From assembly GCA_965207855.1 (NCBI GenBank), contig OZ242310.1:2197881-2261880 (forward strand): a stretch of 64,000 nt of DNA. Reading direction: 5' to 3'. Made by a program: the position numbers and the translations under genes. This document shows, one piece after another, positions 1 to 10,589 of the stretch (positions within the stretch are counted from its first letter, which is position 1; each line of letters starts with the position of its first letter). The stretch comes from Candidatus Poribacteria bacterium. Its GTDB lineage: Bacteria > Poribacteria > WGA-4E > WGA-3G. The notes below the pieces were generated by a model. The model saw nothing but the letters and a program-made list of their open reading frames with translations, had not been told where the DNA came from and searched no databases.

Positions 1-11
1 GAGGAATCGCA

Positions 12-740
12 ATGAAACTGGTTAAGTTGTCAGGCCTGATTGCACTATTTTGTGCTATCAGTCTTTTTCCAACAGGAGTCGCTACGGCATTAGACGAGTG
101 GATATATGTTGATTTAGAAGAAAAGTCAAACACATTCCTTGTCGGGCACCAATGGTGGACCAAGACCCCTGGTGACAGCACACTCTCTCTGCTGCCTATT
201 GATAAAGTGGGGACCTTTGAGGGACCCGATGGGAAGGTCAAATTCCAGATTATTGACGGGGCAATCGTCGTTTTCGGCACCAATGCAGTGCAATGGCCCA
301 AGGCAGTCGAAGGCATTGTTGTTGAAGGTAAGGCGAAATTTATCTACTTCCTTCACGCAACCGGATGGGAACAGAACGGTGTTCCAAGTTACGTATTCGT
401 CATGAACTACCGGGATGGAAAAGAGGAAGAACTTGAGATGATCTCAGGTTTTAACTCGGATGATTGGTGCCATGACGATGCCGCACTCGAAGATGATAAC
501 TCCGTTTGGGGATGGGTCAAGAAGGCAGGCGGTCCTTGTGGACATGCCGGATTGATTACCACCAAATGGGAGAATCCGCGCCCGGATATCTGGATCGATA
601 CCATAGATGTCGTCTCTCTGGAATTGGGGTCGGTGCCTGTCATTCCAGCGATTACGTTGGGTGAGGCGACGCTTGATGTGGAACCTGCGGGGAAATTGTC
701 GGTTACTTGGGGGAGTTTAAAGGATTCACGTGGATTTTAG
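12..740 (+). CDS. Secreted protein with probable galactose-binding-like (jelly-roll) domain and C-terminal VEPAGKLSVTWGSLK motif
   Basis: RBS gagga at 1-5; N-terminal signal peptide (…ATA|L); 'IYFLHATGW…YVFVMNYRDG' pattern; C-terminal motif shared with ORFs at 55213 and 56050. Confidence 0.65.
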   Translation: MKLVKLSGLIALFCAISLFPTGVATALDEWIYVDLEEKSNTFLVGHQWWTKTPGDSTLSLLPIDKVGTFEGPDGKVKFQIIDGAIVVFGTNAVQWPKAVEGIVVEGKAKFIYFLHATGWEQNGVPSYVFVMNYRDGKEEELEMISGFNSDDWCHDDAALEDDNSVWGWVKKAGGPCGHAGLITTKWENPRPDIWIDTIDVVSLELGSVPVIPAITLGEATLDVEPAGKLSVTWGSLKDSRGF

Positions 741-758
741 CATATTTCGTTCTTCTGA

Positions 759-850
759 GTAGGCGAGGTTTTGCAGCGTACACGCTCCGGGGAATGCCAT
801 TAAGGCATTCATACCGTTGATTCATGCGATGTGCATTCTAACCTCGCCTA
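759..850 (+). repeat. GTAG-type REP-like composite palindrome
   Basis: GTAGGCGAGGTT…AACCTCGCCTA outer stem enclosing TTGCAGCGTAcaCGCTC…ATGCGATGTGCATTC (shared with 36889 and 62944 copies) and an extra GAATGCC-attaa-GGCATTC hairpin; followed by a T-tract, so may also terminate the upstream gene. Confidence 0.75.
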
Positions 851-884
851 TTTTTTTATTTTTTCGAGTGCCACCGATAAAAAA

Positions 885-913
885 TTGACTTTACACATCG
901 TGTATGCTATAAT
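885..913 (+). promoter_or_regulatory. Sigma70-type promoter of groEL
   Basis: TTGACT-N17-TATAAT; the spacer contains the palindrome TACAC-atc-GTGTA. Confidence 0.75.
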
Positions 914-965
914 TATAGGAGCGATTTTTAAACGCAACACTTTATATTTAACACTACAATACTAA

Positions 966-2624
<1,659 letters not shown>

Positions 2625-2634
2625 GGGTATTTGT

Positions 2635-2670
2635 TGATAGGTGTGCTTCCTGAGTGCACCTATCATTTTT
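2635..2670. terminator. Intrinsic (probably bidirectional) terminator
   Basis: TGATAGGTGTGC-ttcctga-GTGCACCTATCA hairpin plus T-run between convergent genes. Confidence 0.7.
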
Positions 2671-3190
2671 GTATGTGATAGCGGGGTTCCATCCCGCTGT
2701 CCCAATCACAATCAAGGCAGAACATCACTTTTGGTCCCAAGTATTGGATGTTCTCGCTTCCGCATTCTGGACATATCTTTATAGGCTTTTCGATTTCGAC
2801 CCCTTCTCCTTGAAAGATACTCAGATAGTACACCTTCAATTCGCCTTGGTAACGGTGCCCCATTGGGCAGCGTACCGAATGTGTGTCATCATTTTCAAAG
2901 CGTTCGATCGTTTCCCGAAGGAACGTCAAACGATGGTGGCAAATTGGACACGGGTTCGGGATTAATTCCTTGAGGATAACCAAATCCGTATTGTCCTGTT
3001 CAATAGAGAGCGGCAAGGCGAGGTGATGTGCCACCTGCAAGTGTGACAGCCCTTGCGTGCCGAGTTTTTCGGAAAGTTCCGTAACAATTTGCGAATAACT
3101 TCCGGTGCTCAGCACGATCTCTGTCGGGACCATCGTTCCACCTTTTAAGCTGGAAAGAAGCCGATAAATGCGTTCTAAAATGGGTACCAT
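2663..3190 (-). CDS. Hypothetical zinc-ribbon protein
   Basis: 175-aa ORF with CPIC…CPMGH and CPECG…CLDC cysteine pairs; RBS-like ggtgtaggag upstream. Confidence 0.65.
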   Translation of the reverse strand: MVPILERIYRLLSSLKGGTMVPTEIVLSTGSYSQIVTELSEKLGTQGLSHLQVAHHLALPLSIEQDNTDLVILKELIPNPCPICHHRLTFLRETIERFENDDTHSVRCPMGHRYQGELKVYYLSIFQGEGVEIEKPIKICPECGSENIQYLGPKVMFCLDCDWDSGMEPRYHIQK

Positions 3191-3215
3191 CTCCTACACC
3201 TTCTATGAAAGAGAA

Positions 3216-3590
3216 TTAGACTGTCTTACCCTCAGTTGATTGAGAGGCGAGTGTCTGACTGCTGCTTCGTGCCAGTGGCGATACACTCCGCTGCGAGCGA
3301 TAGGCATCTGTCGGTTGATTGCGAAGCAAAATTAGGTCGTCTCCGTCCCGCTCAATAATGTCGTTTTCCATCAGCGTTGTTTCAATTTTCCGCATACTCG
3401 TCATGAAACTGATAGTGACACGCGCTGTTGCTTCTAATTTGATTTGCCAACCGGTCGCTGTTTTCATCCGCGTGAACCGTTCGTTAATATCAAGCGACTG
3501 CATCTGTGCGGCGTTGATGATAACACCGCTCTTTGCCTGTATTGCGTCTTGGGTTTCAACCGCGCTCTCGTGATTGTTTTGCTCTGCCAT
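3216..3590 (-). CDS. Hypothetical protein (start at MAEQNN)
   Basis: ORF with ggag RBS before ATG 3590; the upstream in-frame start overlaps the promoter at 3629-3657. Confidence 0.6.
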   Translation of the reverse strand: MAEQNNHESAVETQDAIQAKSGVIINAAQMQSLDINERFTRMKTATGWQIKLEATARVTISFMTSMRKIETTLMENDIIERDGDDLILLRNQPTDAYRSQRSVSPLARSSSQTLASQSTEGKTV

Positions 3591-3628
3591 AGTATGCTCC
3601 GTGTCTATAATGGAATTGAGTTGAACGT

Positions 3629-3657
3629 ATTTTATCATGCATATTTCGGATTGTCAA
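3629..3657 (-). promoter_or_regulatory. Sigma70-type promoter
   Basis: Minus strand TTGACA-N17-TAAAAT. Confidence 0.65.
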
Positions 3658-3770
3658 GTCAGTTTTTGGTTGGCTTAGGGCTATTCAGTCCCCATCAGGA
3701 GTCTTCCAAGTCGTTTGAATTGTTACCAGACCGCTCTTATCTTAATTAACAACGAATAACGAACAACTGC

Positions 3771-3800
3771 TTGACATCTGTCTCTCAATTAGACTATAAT
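3771..3800 (+). promoter_or_regulatory. Sigma70-type promoter
   Basis: TTGACA-N18-TATAAT 26 nt upstream of the 3827 ATG. Confidence 0.65.
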
Positions 3801-3826
3801 ATGTAAAGAAAGGAATTGGGAGCGAT

Positions 3827-6214
3827 ATGCGATTCACCTATTTTTGGCCCGGATGGGCAATAGCACTCGGTATCGGCATTGCCGTTGGCGTAACCGTATT
3901 CCTCTACTTCCGGGTAGCGCGTCCGATGCGTCCGAGGTATCGAGTTTTGCTCGTTGTGCTGCGGAGCTGCGCAGCATCAATCTTACTTGTTTGTCTTTTA
4001 GCCCCGGTCGTTATTGAGAAAAAGGACATTACACCACCGACCCACCTCTCCATTCTGGTAGATACATCGCGAAGTATGGAACTCGTGGATGAACCCACGG
4101 ATGAGGTGCCTAAGTCGAGACTGCGTCAGGTGAATCAACTCTTGTTTGATGTTCCGAGAGGCTTCCTTCAGGCGTTGCAGGCTCGATTTGAGGTACATCT
4201 CTACCCTTTCGATACCGGACTCCATCAAAGTGTTCCGCTTGCACAAGGTCTTGATGTTGAAATGCCTCAGTTTGAACCTGAAGGGGCACTTACTGATATT
4301 AGCAGCGCGATACAGGAAGCAGCAGCGACATGGAAAGGGCAACAGGCTGCGGGTATTGTGCTACTTACGGATGGTGGACACAATTCCGGGAAATTTCCTT
4401 TAGCAACTATTACTGGATTAGAGATGCCAGTCTACGCAGTGGGTGTCGGTGCGGTGGAACCCCCAAAGGACGTTCAGATTCAGCACATTGATTATGCGCC
4501 GATTGCCTACACCGGTCATGAAAACACTATCCGGGTGAATGTAACGCAAACCGGCTATACTGGTAAGACCACCCGACTGTCTCTGCGTGAAGCGAGCGAA
4601 AATACCCTCGTAGCTGCTGAAACGTTGACCTTTGGACATGACTTGCAGACTGCGACCAAACCCGAAACGGAGGAAGTTGGGACAGGGACCACTACTAAAC
4701 AGATAGTTGAACTGAAGTTAACACCACAGACCGAAGGCAATTTCCAGTATACTGTGACACTGCCAGCACTTGATGGTGAACTGACGGAAGCGAACAATCA
4801 AAAGACGTTTTCGGTGAAGGTGGTGAAGGCGAAACTCAACGTTTTCTATCTTGAAGGTAGACCTCGATGGGATTACACCTTCTTGAAACGGGTGTTGGCG
4901 CGGGATCCAGATGTTGAGGCGACCTATGCGATCTTGTCACGCGGCAGGTCAAGACGGATGGCTACTGATGCCGCGATTGAACGTTTAGATGGTTATTATC
5001 CGCAATCTACACCGGCATCCGAAACACTGAGATTCCCTGAGACATCCGCGGAGCTCTCTAAATACAATGTGCTGATTTTAGGAGATTTAGGGGACACACA
5101 TCTTACTGAGGCACAGCAACTCGCAATCGTTGACTTTGTTGAAGTTCAAGGCAAACCTGTTATTTTTTTTCCGTCTCGGAATATGCTCGGTGTAAATGGA
5201 TTGAGAAACACAGAATTGGCGCACTTATTGCCGATTGATATACCCGCAAACGGATGTCGTGTACACGACGCAGAATTCACCGTGCAGCTGACGCAATCTG
5301 GGCTGTTTCATCCGATGCTCCAGATGGGTGACAGCGGCGGCACACTGGAAAATAACACTGCTATATGGCAAAACATCCCTGTTTCCTTATCGCGGTTTTT
5401 TAGCGGATTTCAGCTCAGAGGCGGTGCGACTGTCCTTATGGAGAACGGAGAAGGAGTACCTGTTTTGGTACTTCAAAGAGCGGGTTTGGGCAAAAGTCTG
5501 CTTATCGCGGCAGAAGGGCTCTGGAATTGGGATTTTGGTGTTAAAACTTTTAAAGACAATCGCTATCGGACACTCTATTCACGTTTCTGGGCACAGGTTA
5601 TCCGATGGATGGCGACGCATACTGATGACGAGAAGCTTTATCTCACCACGGATGCCGCAACCTACACGATAGCGGATGTGGCTAAAGTTACGGCGTATCT
5701 GTATTCTGAGACCTATCAGCGACAAACAGACGCAACGGTTCAGATTGAGGTAGTCCCCCCTGACGGAACGCCGTTTCAACTCAGGATTCACAGCGCGACG
5801 GAAAACGCGAACGGATCGGCACCGCAACAGCGCATAACGTCTGACATTGGAAACCTCTATACTGCCCAATTCGAGCTCCTACAGAAGGGAACTTACCGGA
5901 TTCGGGCAGTCAGCAGAAGTCGGGGCTTAACGTTGGGTGAAGATCAGATTGATATTTATGCCCATCCGCAGCTTGCTGAATTAGAGGCACCCCAACTCAA
6001 TGAGGTTTTACTGAAAGAACTCGCTGAACAGACGGGTGGTGCTTATTTCACGGTCGCGGACGCGGCATCGCTCCCCGATAACATTGCCAAGGTCCAAAAC
6101 CCTGTGTTTGTTGATGCCGAACGTGAACTCTGGTCACATCCGTTGGTTCTCTTTGCTGTCGTCGGATTATTAGGGACTGAATGGTTCTTGCGTAAGCGGA
6201 TTGGATTAGTTTGA
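3827..6214 (+). CDS. Membrane protein with vWA domain and glutamine-amidotransferase-like domain
   Basis: Two N-terminal TM helices; MIDAS DTSRSM…T…LLTDG; 'YLEGRPRWDYTFLKR'; C-terminal 'LLGTEWFLRKRIGL'. Confidence 0.8.
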   Translation: MRFTYFWPGWAIALGIGIAVGVTVFLYFRVARPMRPRYRVLLVVLRSCAASILLVCLLAPVVIEKKDITPPTHLSILVDTSRSMELVDEPTDEVPKSRLRQVNQLLFDVPRGFLQALQARFEVHLYPFDTGLHQSVPLAQGLDVEMPQFEPEGALTDISSAIQEAAATWKGQQAAGIVLLTDGGHNSGKFPLATITGLEMPVYAVGVGAVEPPKDVQIQHIDYAPIAYTGHENTIRVNVTQTGYTGKTTRLSLREASENTLVAAETLTFGHDLQTATKPETEEVGTGTTTKQIVELKLTPQTEGNFQYTVTLPALDGELTEANNQKTFSVKVVKAKLNVFYLEGRPRWDYTFLKRVLARDPDVEATYAILSRGRSRRMATDAAIERLDGYYPQSTPASETLRFPETSAELSKYNVLILGDLGDTHLTEAQQLAIVDFVEVQGKPVIFFPSRNMLGVNGLRNTELAHLLPIDIPANGCRVHDAEFTVQLTQSGLFHPMLQMGDSGGTLENNTAIWQNIPVSLSRFFSGFQLRGGATVLMENGEGVPVLVLQRAGLGKSLLIAAEGLWNWDFGVKTFKDNRYRTLYSRFWAQVIRWMATHTDDEKLYLTTDAATYTIADVAKVTAYLYSETYQRQTDATVQIEVVPPDGTPFQLRIHSATENANGSAPQQRITSDIGNLYTAQFELLQKGTYRIRAVSRSRGLTLGEDQIDIYAHPQLAELEAPQLNEVLLKELAEQTGGAYFTVADAASLPDNIAKVQNPVFVDAERELWSHPLVLFAVVGLLGTEWFLRKRIGLV

Positions 6215-6246
6215 AGGGGGCTTGGACGGCAAAGCGAAACATTTTA

Positions 6247-6923
6247 TGATGCGATTGATGAAGTGGAGATACTCCTTTTTTGTGTGTTGTCTCCTATTTT
6301 GCACAGCGATTGGCACGCCAGAGACCGGTGAGAAGTTTACTATCGCTCAGGTCCACTATGGCGGTGGCGGCGATTGGTATGGCGACGCGACGACAATTAA
6401 GAATTGGCTCCACCTCCTTCGCACGCGAACGGATATTGAAACCGCCGAGGATAGAGTGATTCTTAAGTTGACAGACCATATTCTTTACCAATATCCGATG
6501 CTCTACCTTGTAGGACACGGAAATGTCCGGCTGACTGAAAGCGAAGTAGAGATTTTGCGGGACTACCTCATGAACGGTGGGTTTCTTTTTGCCAACGATG
6601 ATTACGGACTTGATGAAAGTTTTCGCCGTGAAATACGGCGGGTGTTTCCCAATCAGGAATTACAACCGATACCGAACACGCATCTGATTTACCGATGCTT
6701 CTATGAACTCGACGGGTTGCCCAAGATCCATGAACACGACGGCGAACCCGCACAAGGGTTTGGACTTTTTCACGATGGCAGAATGGTTGTTTATTACGTT
6801 TACAGTGCTGACATCGGTGATGGACTTGAGGATGCCGATGTACATCCAGAGGATACGCCGCAGGTTCGCGAACTCGCAGCGAAAATGGCGGTGAATATTG
6901 CCGTTTATGTCCTGACGCATTGA
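6247..6923 (+). CDS. DUF4159 domain protein
   Basis: 'YGGGGDWY', 'YPMLYLVGHG', 'NGGFLFANDDYG', 'LPKIHEHDG', 'DIGDGLED' typical of DUF4159; start uncertain (6222-6258). Confidence 0.8.
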
Positions 6924-6937
6924 GGGCTGTTGGTTAA

Positions 6938-9900
6938 ATGAATACACAAAATGTAGATCATGCTTACAAAAACTTGATAATGCAGCTGCGTGCGATTCGG
7001 CGGCAATGGCGATGGCTCATTTTCTCAGAAGGGTTGCTGAAATGTCTCGGTATTCTTGCCCTTCTTGGGACAGGACTCCTCGTCGTTTTTGCGTTTAGTT
7101 TACCGATATGGCAACTCCCATTTTCGCATTGGATACGTATGGGTCTTCTGTTGTTGTCAATAGGTCTTGCTGTCTACGCCGTAGTCCGCGCACTTGTGCT
7201 GCCGCTCCGTCGCAGATTGACAGATGCAGCCGTCGCAGCACGCCTTGAATCGACACAAGCAGAAAGTGGGTTTGCATCCGAAAATCGGATTCTGAGTGCC
7301 GTCCAACTCTGGCGTACGTTAGCGGATAACCGACTCGGATATGCACCGGAATTCATTGCGCATCTGATTCTTCAAACCAGCAGAGATATGGAACAGGTCC
7401 AGACCAAACAGGTGTTTCAGTCCGAGTTTCGGAAAATCAGGCGGAACGCGGGGGTCGCCGTTGGCGGTGTAGGGCTTCTCCTTATCACATCCTTTTTCTT
7501 GCCGACGGCTTTCATGGACTTCGCGCACTCGTTTCGGACACTGCCCACGACGTTCCAGACGGACACCGACGGTCTAAAAAATCTTATTCAGATTACAGAA
7601 ATTCAGCCCGGTAACGCCCAAGTCGAGCGAGGCAGTGACGTTGACATCACTGTGCAAGTAAATGGACACTTCGGCGCGCCTGTTGAACTCTATTACCGCG
7701 TCGGAGAAGCCGAGGAAGCCGCATCAACAACAAAATGGCAATCCGTGCTGATGCAGAGAACCGCTGCCCCTGTAGATGATGGTGATGGACAGGTTTCCGC
7801 ATTTTCCTCGTTATACCGTGTGACGCTTGAAAAGGTGAGTCGTCCGCTCCAATACTACATTTCTGTCGAATCGGTAGGGTCTGAGCAGTATCAACTGACG
7901 ATCAGCGATGAACCGGTTATCACACAATTTCAGTATCGACTCAACTATCCTACTTATACCCAACTCCAACCGCAAACGCTACCAGCAAACACTGGTAATA
8001 TTGAGACACTTTTCGGAACAGAGATCGTATTCACAGGGGAGAGCAACAAACCGCTTGAGAAAGCATCCCTTGTGTTTGAGGTATCTGACGATACGCCGTT
8101 AGCGATTAAAGCGGCAGCTACACGTCAGTCAAACGGACAACCAATGGAAGAAGGGCAGCTACCGGAAACAACGCAAATGTCTCGTGGCATCCAAGGCTCT
8201 TTTATCGCACAACAGAGCCAGAGGTACCACATCCATATCACTGACAGTGAAGGTTTCATGAATCGGGACCCAATTAACTATACACTCACCGTTTTTGAAG
8301 ATGCCGTCCCGGATGTCTCTATCGTTGCCCCGGCGCGGGATACTGTCTTAGATAATAGTATGTTGGTGGAACTGAAAGTAGAGGCAACGGATGATTATGG
8401 AATACAGGCACTCCAACTCGTCTATCGTGTTGAGGTCGAGGGTGCTGAGGAAGTGAATGTGCCATTAAAACGGTGGGGGATTGAGGGTGCTGATGTTCGT
8501 AGGTCTGTCTTTCTGAATTATACTTGGGATGTCGATCGGATTGGTATTTTTCCGGGTGAAGTGCTTGCCTATTACGTTCAAGCCTTGGACAACGATGATG
8601 TTTCTGGACCGAATATTGGTAAGTCGCCTACCTATACGCTTCGTTTCCCATCGCTCTCGGAAATGTACGATTCAGTTGCTGCCGAGCAGGAAGCGGAACA
8701 ACGTGGACTCGATGAACTCTTTGACGAACAGGCAGATGCTACAGGGTTGGTTGATAACCTCCTTGATACTATGAAGCGAATGGGCAGGAGCAATCAGGAA
8801 CTTACGCGCAACGATGAAAATCTCATGCAGCAGGTGCTTGAAAATCAGAAACAGATTGAGGAGACAGCGAAGCAATTAATCGAAGATATGCAGCAGACGG
8901 CGGAGGATATGGAGCAGAATCAGCTTTTTGACACTGAGACGATCCAGAAATATCAGGAGCTCCAAAACCTGATGGAAAAAGCACTCTCTGAAGAGCACAA
9001 AGAGATTTTGCAGAAGTTGTCTGAGGCGTTAGCGAACCAATCGCTGACTGAACGACAAGGGGCAATGCAGGAAGCGAATCTCAGTCAGGAACAGTTTTTA
9101 CAACAATTGGAACGCGCCAAATCGCTCTATGAGCAGATCCTGCTTGAGCAGGAATTAGAAGCCGCTGCGAAACAGGCAGCCGCACTCGCTGAACAACAGA
9201 AAGAATTGATGGATACATTGGAGGCGACGGGTGGATCCGCACCTTTGAAGGATCTCGCACAAAAAGAGGATCGCGTCGGTGAGGAATTCGGACGCCTCAG
9301 TGAGAAATTAGAGAAACTCGGTACTGATATGAAGGCACTCGCGAAAGACAACGAAAACGCGCCGCCGCAAATAGAACGACTCGGGGATGAAATCCTCCGC
9401 CTCAATCAGTTTGCGCATGAATATCAGCTGCCCGAAATGCTCGATACTACCGGTGCAAACCTCCGAAGTGGACAGAACAGCGAGGCACTCGAATCGGGAC
9501 GCGGCGCGCAACAGACCTTGATGGAACTCGCACAAGGCTTGGATAACGCTTTGGCATTCATGGAAGGGGCGAACGCAAACGAGTCTTTGACCGTGATGCG
9601 TGAAGCGGTTGAAAGTGGGCTCTATCTCTCGCATCTCCATGAAAAGGTTATTAACCAAACGAACGACATTCTCGTCGCTGGACAGACAAATGCCTATATC
9701 CAGAGCGAAATCTTGAAATTGCAGGAACTCGCAGCGGATGAAATTACCACGGCGGAAGGGATTACACAACTTTCAAGTAAACTCTGGGAGTTAGGGGGAC
9801 GACAGATACAGGTGCCGCCTGAAGTCGTCTTGCATCTCAATGCTTCCAACGATGCGCTCTCTCGTGCGGCACGCGCTTTAGAGGATAGGCAGCCGAGCCT

Positions 9901-10558
9901 CGCGCTCCCGATTCAGAGAGCCGCACTTGCTGATCTCAATCAAGCCATCTTTGAACTCCTTGAGGCGATGGCACAGATGAACCAGCAGATGGGTGCTGGT
10001 GGGTTTGAAGATATGATGCAGCAGCTTGAACAACTTACCGAGGGGCAGGAGCAGTTAAACCAGATGGCAGAGCGTCTAAATCAACAGATGCGTGAGCAGG
10101 GGCAAACCCCAGGACTACAACAGATGATGCAGCAACTCGCTGCCCAACAGCAGCTGATCCGAGAGGCAACGCAACGTCTCGCAGAACGCGCTGAGGAAAT
10201 GGCGCAAATGCTGGGTAGCCTTGAAGAGGTCGCTCAGGAGATGAATACGGTCGAAAAATCTCTCCAACAAGGAAGGCTTGATGATGAAGTGCTTGATAGA
10301 CAGGCGCGGATTTTGACTCGGATGCTTGATAGTCTAAAATCGTTGCAGAAACGGGATGTCGGCAAGCAGCGGAAGGCAGAAGTCGCGAAAACCTCTGCTA
10401 CTCCGGCGCAGGAAGTTCCACCTTTGCATCCCGAATTGCTCGAAATCGTTCGGAAGTTAGAAGCTGCGCCGAATGCCAAGGAATTTGAGGATATTCCGTT
10501 TCAGTATCGTGAGCAATTAAGGCAATACTTTAAGGCACTCTCACAAAAGACGCAGTAG
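6938..10558 (+). CDS. DUF4175-family membrane-anchored coiled-coil protein
   Basis: Three N-terminal TM helices, 'YPTYTQL', 'ATDDYGI', 'QALDNDDVSGPNIG', long Q/E-rich coiled coil, terminal 'PFQYREQLRQYFKAL'. Confidence 0.75.
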   Translation: MNTQNVDHAYKNLIMQLRAIRRQWRWLIFSEGLLKCLGILALLGTGLLVVFAFSLPIWQLPFSHWIRMGLLLLSIGLAVYAVVRALVLPLRRRLTDAAVAARLESTQAESGFASENRILSAVQLWRTLADNRLGYAPEFIAHLILQTSRDMEQVQTKQVFQSEFRKIRRNAGVAVGGVGLLLITSFFLPTAFMDFAHSFRTLPTTFQTDTDGLKNLIQITEIQPGNAQVERGSDVDITVQVNGHFGAPVELYYRVGEAEEAASTTKWQSVLMQRTAAPVDDGDGQVSAFSSLYRVTLEKVSRPLQYYISVESVGSEQYQLTISDEPVITQFQYRLNYPTYTQLQPQTLPANTGNIETLFGTEIVFTGESNKPLEKASLVFEVSDDTPLAIKAAATRQSNGQPMEEGQLPETTQMSRGIQGSFIAQQSQRYHIHITDSEGFMNRDPINYTLTVFEDAVPDVSIVAPARDTVLDNSMLVELKVEATDDYGIQALQLVYRVEVEGAEEVNVPLKRWGIEGADVRRSVFLNYTWDVDRIGIFPGEVLAYYVQALDNDDVSGPNIGKSPTYTLRFPSLSEMYDSVAAEQEAEQRGLDELFDEQADATGLVDNLLDTMKRMGRSNQELTRNDENLMQQVLENQKQIEETAKQLIEDMQQTAEDMEQNQLFDTETIQKYQELQNLMEKALSEEHKEILQKLSEALANQSLTERQGAMQEANLSQEQFLQQLERAKSLYEQILLEQELEAAAKQAAALAEQQKELMDTLEATGGSAPLKDLAQKEDRVGEEFGRLSEKLEKLGTDMKALAKDNENAPPQIERLGDEILRLNQFAHEYQLPEMLDTTGANLRSGQNSEALESGRGAQQTLMELAQGLDNALAFMEGANANESLTVMREAVESGLYLSHLHEKVINQTNDILVAGQTNAYIQSEILKLQELAADEITTAEGITQLSSKLWELGGRQIQVPPEVVLHLNASNDALSRAARALEDRQPSLALPIQRAALADLNQAIFELLEAMAQMNQQMGAGGFEDMMQQLEQLTEGQEQLNQMAERLNQQMREQGQTPGLQQMMQQLAAQQQLIREATQRLAERAEEMAQMLGSLEEVAQEMNTVEKSLQQGRLDDEVLDRQARILTRMLDSLKSLQKRDVGKQRKAEVAKTSATPAQEVPPLHPELLEIVRKLEAAPNAKEFEDIPFQYREQLRQYFKALSQKTQ

Positions 10559-10589
10559 TTCCAAAAACCGAATACGTGATCGTGAGGAG

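Noticed and set aside
850-880. CIRCE element before groEL
   Set aside because: Only a right-half-like GAGTGCCA is present; no TTAGCACTC left arm 9 nt upstream.
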